A stretch of 64,000 nt of DNA, taken from Endomicrobium sp. Its GTDB lineage: Bacteria > Elusimicrobiota > Endomicrobiia > Endomicrobiales > Endomicrobiaceae. Made by a program: the position numbers and the translations under genes. The stretch covers positions 8,547-72,546 of the forward strand of contig JAISEM010000023.1 of NCBI GenBank assembly GCA_031264105.1, written 5' to 3'. Below the pieces are notes generated by a model. The model made no database searches. It was not told the origin of the DNA and saw only the letters and a list, made by a program, of their open reading frames with translations. This document shows positions 60,380-64,000 of the stretch, in pieces (positions within the stretch are counted from its first letter, which is position 1; each line of letters opens with the position of its first letter).

Positions 60380-61024
60380 ATGAAAAAAATAATATTGGCT
60401 TTAGATATTTACGACTTCAAAAAGGCCGAAAAACTTATAAAAGAAACAAGTCCATATATAGACGTTTATAAAGTTGGTCATATATTATTTCTTCAGTCAG
60501 GAAAAGAAATAATAAAGATGATAAAAGATAATGGCAAAGAAATTTTTTTGGATTTGAAGTTTCATGATATCCCAGCTACTGTAAAGCGTTCTGTAGAATC
60601 TGCAAAAGAGCTTGGAGTATTTAGCTTGACAGTTCATTCTATTGGCGGAGAAGAAATGCTTAAAGCTGCCGCTTCTGTTGAAAACAGGCCTAAGATATGG
60701 GCAGTAACTGTTTTAACAAGTCAAATTACTAATCCTGAAGAAGTTGTAAGGAGAGCAAAACTTACAAAAACATGTGGTATAGATGGCGTAATATCTTCGC
60801 CGCTTGAAATATCTTTGATAAAAAAAGAATGTGGAAAAGAATTTAATGTGGTTACACCGGGTATAAGACCTGCAAAAGCAGATGACGATCAAAAGAGAGT
60901 TGCCACGCCTGAAATGGCTGTAAAAGAAGGTGCGGACTTTATAGTAGTTGGAAGACCAATCCTAGAAGCCGAAAGTCCGGCACAAGCTGCTAAAAACATC
61001 TATGAGACTACATTAATAAAATGA
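60380..61024 (+). CDS. pyrF: Orotidine-5'-phosphate decarboxylase
   Basis: FLDLKFHDIPATV, AVTVLTS, VTPGIR, DDQKR, VVGRPI. Confidence 0.96.
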   Translation: MKKIILALDIYDFKKAEKLIKETSPYIDVYKVGHILFLQSGKEIIKMIKDNGKEIFLDLKFHDIPATVKRSVESAKELGVFSLTVHSIGGEEMLKAAASVENRPKIWAVTVLTSQITNPEEVVRRAKLTKTCGIDGVISSPLEISLIKKECGKEFNVVTPGIRPAKADDDQKRVATPEMAVKEGADFIVVGRPILEAESPAQAAKNIYETTLIK

Positions 61025-61677
61025 AGTTGACTTCACGAAAATCAGAGAAATTATTTACTGATGGATTAAAGACAGGTCTTTTACTGCAAGTCGGTGGAAT
61101 AGGCCCTATTTGTTTATTAGTTTTTCGTTTATCGTTATCCTTGCCTTTTAGCAAGTTATTGCTTGGTATTATTGGCATAACTTTGGCCGATATCGTTTAT
61201 ATAAGTCTTGCTGTTCTTTCAATATCCACAATAATAAAGAAATTAAATCCTTATAAAAGAATTTTCAACATAGTTATGGGTATAGTATTAATTGTATTTG
61301 GAGTATTGTTTATTACATCTGGACATGTAGTTGATCCGCCATCATTTCAAGGTGGTGACTTGCTGCTCTGGTTATTTGGTTTAACAATTGCAAATCCTTT
61401 AACCATTGTTTTTCTTACGGGAATCTTTTCTTTTGAAATAAACAGACGCAATATGGATTTAAAAGAATCCGGAGTTTTTGCGTTTGGATTTTTGCTGGCT
61501 ACTCCAATATTTATGATTTTTATATGTTTGATTGGCAGTATTGCAGGAAGGCTCTTGCCAACTATTTTTATTCAGATAATAAATTCTATTATGGGATGTG
61601 TATTGATACTTTTAGGTATAAGGAGTATAAGAAATAAGGAACTAATGGAGACACATGATGCTACGGGAAGAAGTTAA
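61021..61677 (+). CDS. LysE family translocator
   Basis: GLLLQVGGIGPI, GITLADIVY, LTIANPLTIVF; multi-TM. Confidence 0.82.
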   Translation: MKLTSRKSEKLFTDGLKTGLLLQVGGIGPICLLVFRLSLSLPFSKLLLGIIGITLADIVYISLAVLSISTIIKKLNPYKRIFNIVMGIVLIVFGVLFITSGHVVDPPSFQGGDLLLWLFGLTIANPLTIVFLTGIFSFEINRRNMDLKESGVFAFGFLLATPIFMIFICLIGSIAGRLLPTIFIQIINSIMGCVLILLGIRSIRNKELMETHDATGRS

Positions 61678-62233
61678 AGAATTATTTAAAAAAAATGATG
61701 CTCTTTTAAATGGGCATTTTAAACTATCCAGCGGTTTGCACTCGGATACATATTTTCAGTCTGCTTTAATTTTGCAGTACCCCAAAGAAGCCAAAAGACT
61801 TGGTGAGGAACTTGCGCGAAGATTAAAAGAAAATAGCGTAAAAATAGATGCTGTTGTTTCTCCGGCAATGGGTGGAATAATTATTGGACAGGAAGTAGGT
61901 AGAGCTTTGGGTGTAAAAGCAATATTTACAGAAAGGGTTGATGGAAAAGTTCTACTGCGAAGAGGTTTTTCAGTAGATAAAAATGAAAGAGTTTTAGTCG
62001 TTGAAGATGTTATAACTACTGGTCTGTCAACCAGAGAAGTCATAGGAACTTTAAAAGCAAGCGATGCGCAAGTCGTTGCAGTTGCGTCTCTTGTTGACAG
62101 AAGTGCAGGTACAGTTGATTTTGGGGTTCCTAGATTTTCTCTTTTAAGCTTAGAAGTAAAAAATTTTAAAGAAGAAGATTGTCCAATGTGTAAATCTGGG
62201 AGTATTGCTGTTAAACCTGGAAGTAGAAAATAA
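61655..62233 (+). CDS. pyrE: Orotate phosphoribosyltransferase
   Basis: GHFKLSSGLHS, PAMGG, VVEDVITTG, KPGSR. Confidence 0.96.
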   Translation: MMLREEVKELFKKNDALLNGHFKLSSGLHSDTYFQSALILQYPKEAKRLGEELARRLKENSVKIDAVVSPAMGGIIIGQEVGRALGVKAIFTERVDGKVLLRRGFSVDKNERVLVVEDVITTGLSTREVIGTLKASDAQVVAVASLVDRSAGTVDFGVPRFSLLSLEVKNFKEEDCPMCKSGSIAVKPGSRK

Positions 62234-62247
62234 AGCGAGGAAGTAAT

Positions 62248-63558
62248 ATGAATATATTATGGTCATTTGCTCCAATTTTTCTTTTTGTATTTATTTTTGT
62301 AGGTAGTGGCATATACTTTTCTTTAATGGGATATGAAAAAGCGTTTACTATACTGCCTCCTGTTATAGCAATAATTCCGTCAATAATTTTGGCATGGATT
62401 AAAAATCGCAAACCTTCGGAGGAAAAAACTACAGACTTTCTCAGTGGAATTGGCGAAAAGGATATTATTTATATGTGTGTGATATTTCTTTTGGCTGGAG
62501 CTTTTGGAGAAGTTACTAAAAGCATAGGTTCAATTGAGTCTTTGGTAAACTTTACGATATCATTTGTTCCTGCAAAGTTTTTGTTGATAGGCATATTTCT
62601 AATATCTGCTTTTCTATCAACTGCTATAGGTTCAGCTCTTGGCACGGTAGCTGCTGTAGGGCCAGTTGCAGCTGATTTTTGCTTGCATGCTATTGGTATT
62701 TCTATGCCTGTTGCTATGGGAGCTGTAGTAGGAGGGGCTTTCTTTGGAGACAATTTGTCGTTAGTTTCAGATACTACAATTGTGTCAATTTCTTCTCAAG
62801 GGGCAGATGTCAAAAAGAAATTCAATATAAATCTTCGCATAGCTGCTATTGCTACTGTAATAACTGTTCTTGCTATGTGTCTATCTGCAACGGTAAGAGT
62901 GGATAAAATGCAAAGCTCCAATTTTTCATTAATATTGATTCTCCCATATGTTGTATTGCTACTTTTAGCGTTTAAGAGAGTAAATATTTTGGTTTGCTTG
63001 ACTATTAGCATACTGCTAGCCGGAGTTATAGGACATTACTGCCATGTTGATTATTGTATGCTAAATTTCTGCAATGATATTAATGCAGGGTTTTTGAAAG
63101 TATACGGAGTTCTTTTGCTTGGTTTGATGATTGGCGGTTTGTCTGGTCTTATAGGCGGCGATGCTGTAAAGGAAGTTGCAGGCATAGTATCTGAGAAGAT
63201 AGAAAAGAGAGGTAGGCCAGACTCTAGACTTCCCCAGTTTATTATAGGCGGACTAGCCGCTACGTTTACGTTTCTTTTATCAAACAATGTTATCGCTATA
63301 ATTTGTTGTGGTAAAATAGCTAAAGGAATTGCTAATAATAATGAAATTTCTCCTCACTATTCTGCCACTATACTTGAAGTGTTTGCCTGTGGAGTAAAGG
63401 GATTGTTGCCGCATGGTACACAAGTTTTGCTTGCAGCGTCTCTTGCCGGAATATCCCCTCTCAGCATTTTGCCTCGTGTATATTATTGCCATGCTTTGAT
63501 AATTGTAAGTATACTATTTATTTGGTTTGTAAATAAAAAAAGTTCAATCGTAAGCTGA
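62248..63558 (+). CDS. Na+/H+ antiporter NhaC family transporter
   Basis: IFLLAGAF, STAIGSALGT, GGAFFGDNLSLVSDTTI; about 12 TM. Confidence 0.85.
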   Translation: MNILWSFAPIFLFVFIFVGSGIYFSLMGYEKAFTILPPVIAIIPSIILAWIKNRKPSEEKTTDFLSGIGEKDIIYMCVIFLLAGAFGEVTKSIGSIESLVNFTISFVPAKFLLIGIFLISAFLSTAIGSALGTVAAVGPVAADFCLHAIGISMPVAMGAVVGGAFFGDNLSLVSDTTIVSISSQGADVKKKFNINLRIAAIATVITVLAMCLSATVRVDKMQSSNFSLILILPYVVLLLLAFKRVNILVCLTISILLAGVIGHYCHVDYCMLNFCNDINAGFLKVYGVLLLGLMIGGLSGLIGGDAVKEVAGIVSEKIEKRGRPDSRLPQFIIGGLAATFTFLLSNNVIAIICCGKIAKGIANNNEISPHYSATILEVFACGVKGLLPHGTQVLLAASLAGISPLSILPRVYYCHALIIVSILFIWFVNKKSSIVS

Positions 63559-63576
63559 TAGGAAAAGGGAATACAA

Positions 63577-64000
63577 ATGTCTATAACGTACAAAGGTGCA
63601 GGTGTAAACATTGACGCAGGTAACGATTTAGTAAAAAGACTTAAAAAGAAACTCCCAAAAATTGGAGACTTCGGTGGATTGTTTCCGATAAATGGAACAA
63701 AATATAATCTTGTAAGTTCAACAGATGGTGTTGGTACAAAACTAAAACTAGCGTTTCTAGTTAACAAACATGATACAGTAGGCATAGATCTGGTTGCTAT
63801 GAATGTAAATGATTTAATATGTGTTGGTGCCAAGCCATTATTTTTCTTAGACTATTTTGCTTGCGGAAAACTTAACGTTGGCCAGGCACAACAAGTTATA
63901 AAAGGCATAGCCAAAGGTTGTGAGTTATCAGGTTCTTCTCTTATAGGCGGAGAAACTGCTGAAATGCCTGGTTTTTATAAAGACGGAGAATATGATTTGG
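63577..64000 (+). CDS. purM: AIR synthetase, N-terminal part (truncated by window edge)
   Basis: [48 protein letters not shown]. Confidence 0.96.
   Translation, partial: MSITYKGAGVNIDAGNDLVKRLKKKLPKIGDFGGLFPINGTKYNLVSSTDGVGTKLKLAFLVNKHDTVGIDLVAMNVNDLICVGAKPLFFLDYFACGKLNVGQAQQVIKGIAKGCELSGSSLIGGETAEMPGFYKDGEYDL

Noticed and set aside
4364-63833. Numerous 60-140 aa ORFs antisense to or overlapping recognised genes
   Set aside because: They lie within well-supported CDSs, lack motifs and are expected from codon bias on the opposite strand.
1-64000. CRISPR array, tRNA, rRNA, prophage or intact transposase
   Set aside because: No regularly spaced repeats, cloverleafs, rRNA-like tracts, or phage or transposase ORFs were seen by eye.

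Overview
Low-GC bacterial chromosome segment, almost all on the + strand, from a diderm anaerobe undergoing genome erosion. Gene content and protein style suggest an Elusimicrobiota/Endomicrobium-like endosymbiont (inference). Intact housekeeping blocks are: aspS(3')-ybeY-2xCNNM-recO; amtB-glnK-NSS transporter; hydE-mnmA; rpmE-prfA-prmC-murA; hldD-rfaE1-kdsBAC-lpxL-lptCAB; hpf-ptsN-hprK-rapZ-yvcK-mannose-type PTS-ptsH-ptsI; engB, xth, lemA-htpX; and a merged purine/pyrimidine cluster from purC to purM. About ten pseudogenes are interspersed, mostly surface, secreted or carbohydrate genes: 7TM-HD phosphodiesterase, a putative lipoprotein, Pmp-like autotransporter, GH5, GH57, LA_2272-repeat protein, subtilase, LTA-synthase paralog and a DNA methyltransferase. 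Most notable unexplained signals: (1) a two-copy 250-320 bp non-coding element with TG...CA terminal inverted repeats and a nested fold shared by both copies (MITE or structured RNA); (2) an R-M cassette inside the pyr operon in which the methyltransferase is dead but the MutH/Sau3AI-type nuclease ORF is open; (3) a GH57 gene translationally coupled inside a mannose-family PTS operon, with its catalytic core deleted; (4) a perfect operator-like palindrome over the promoter of a DUF4143 ATPase. I recognised no rRNA, tRNA or CRISPR array.
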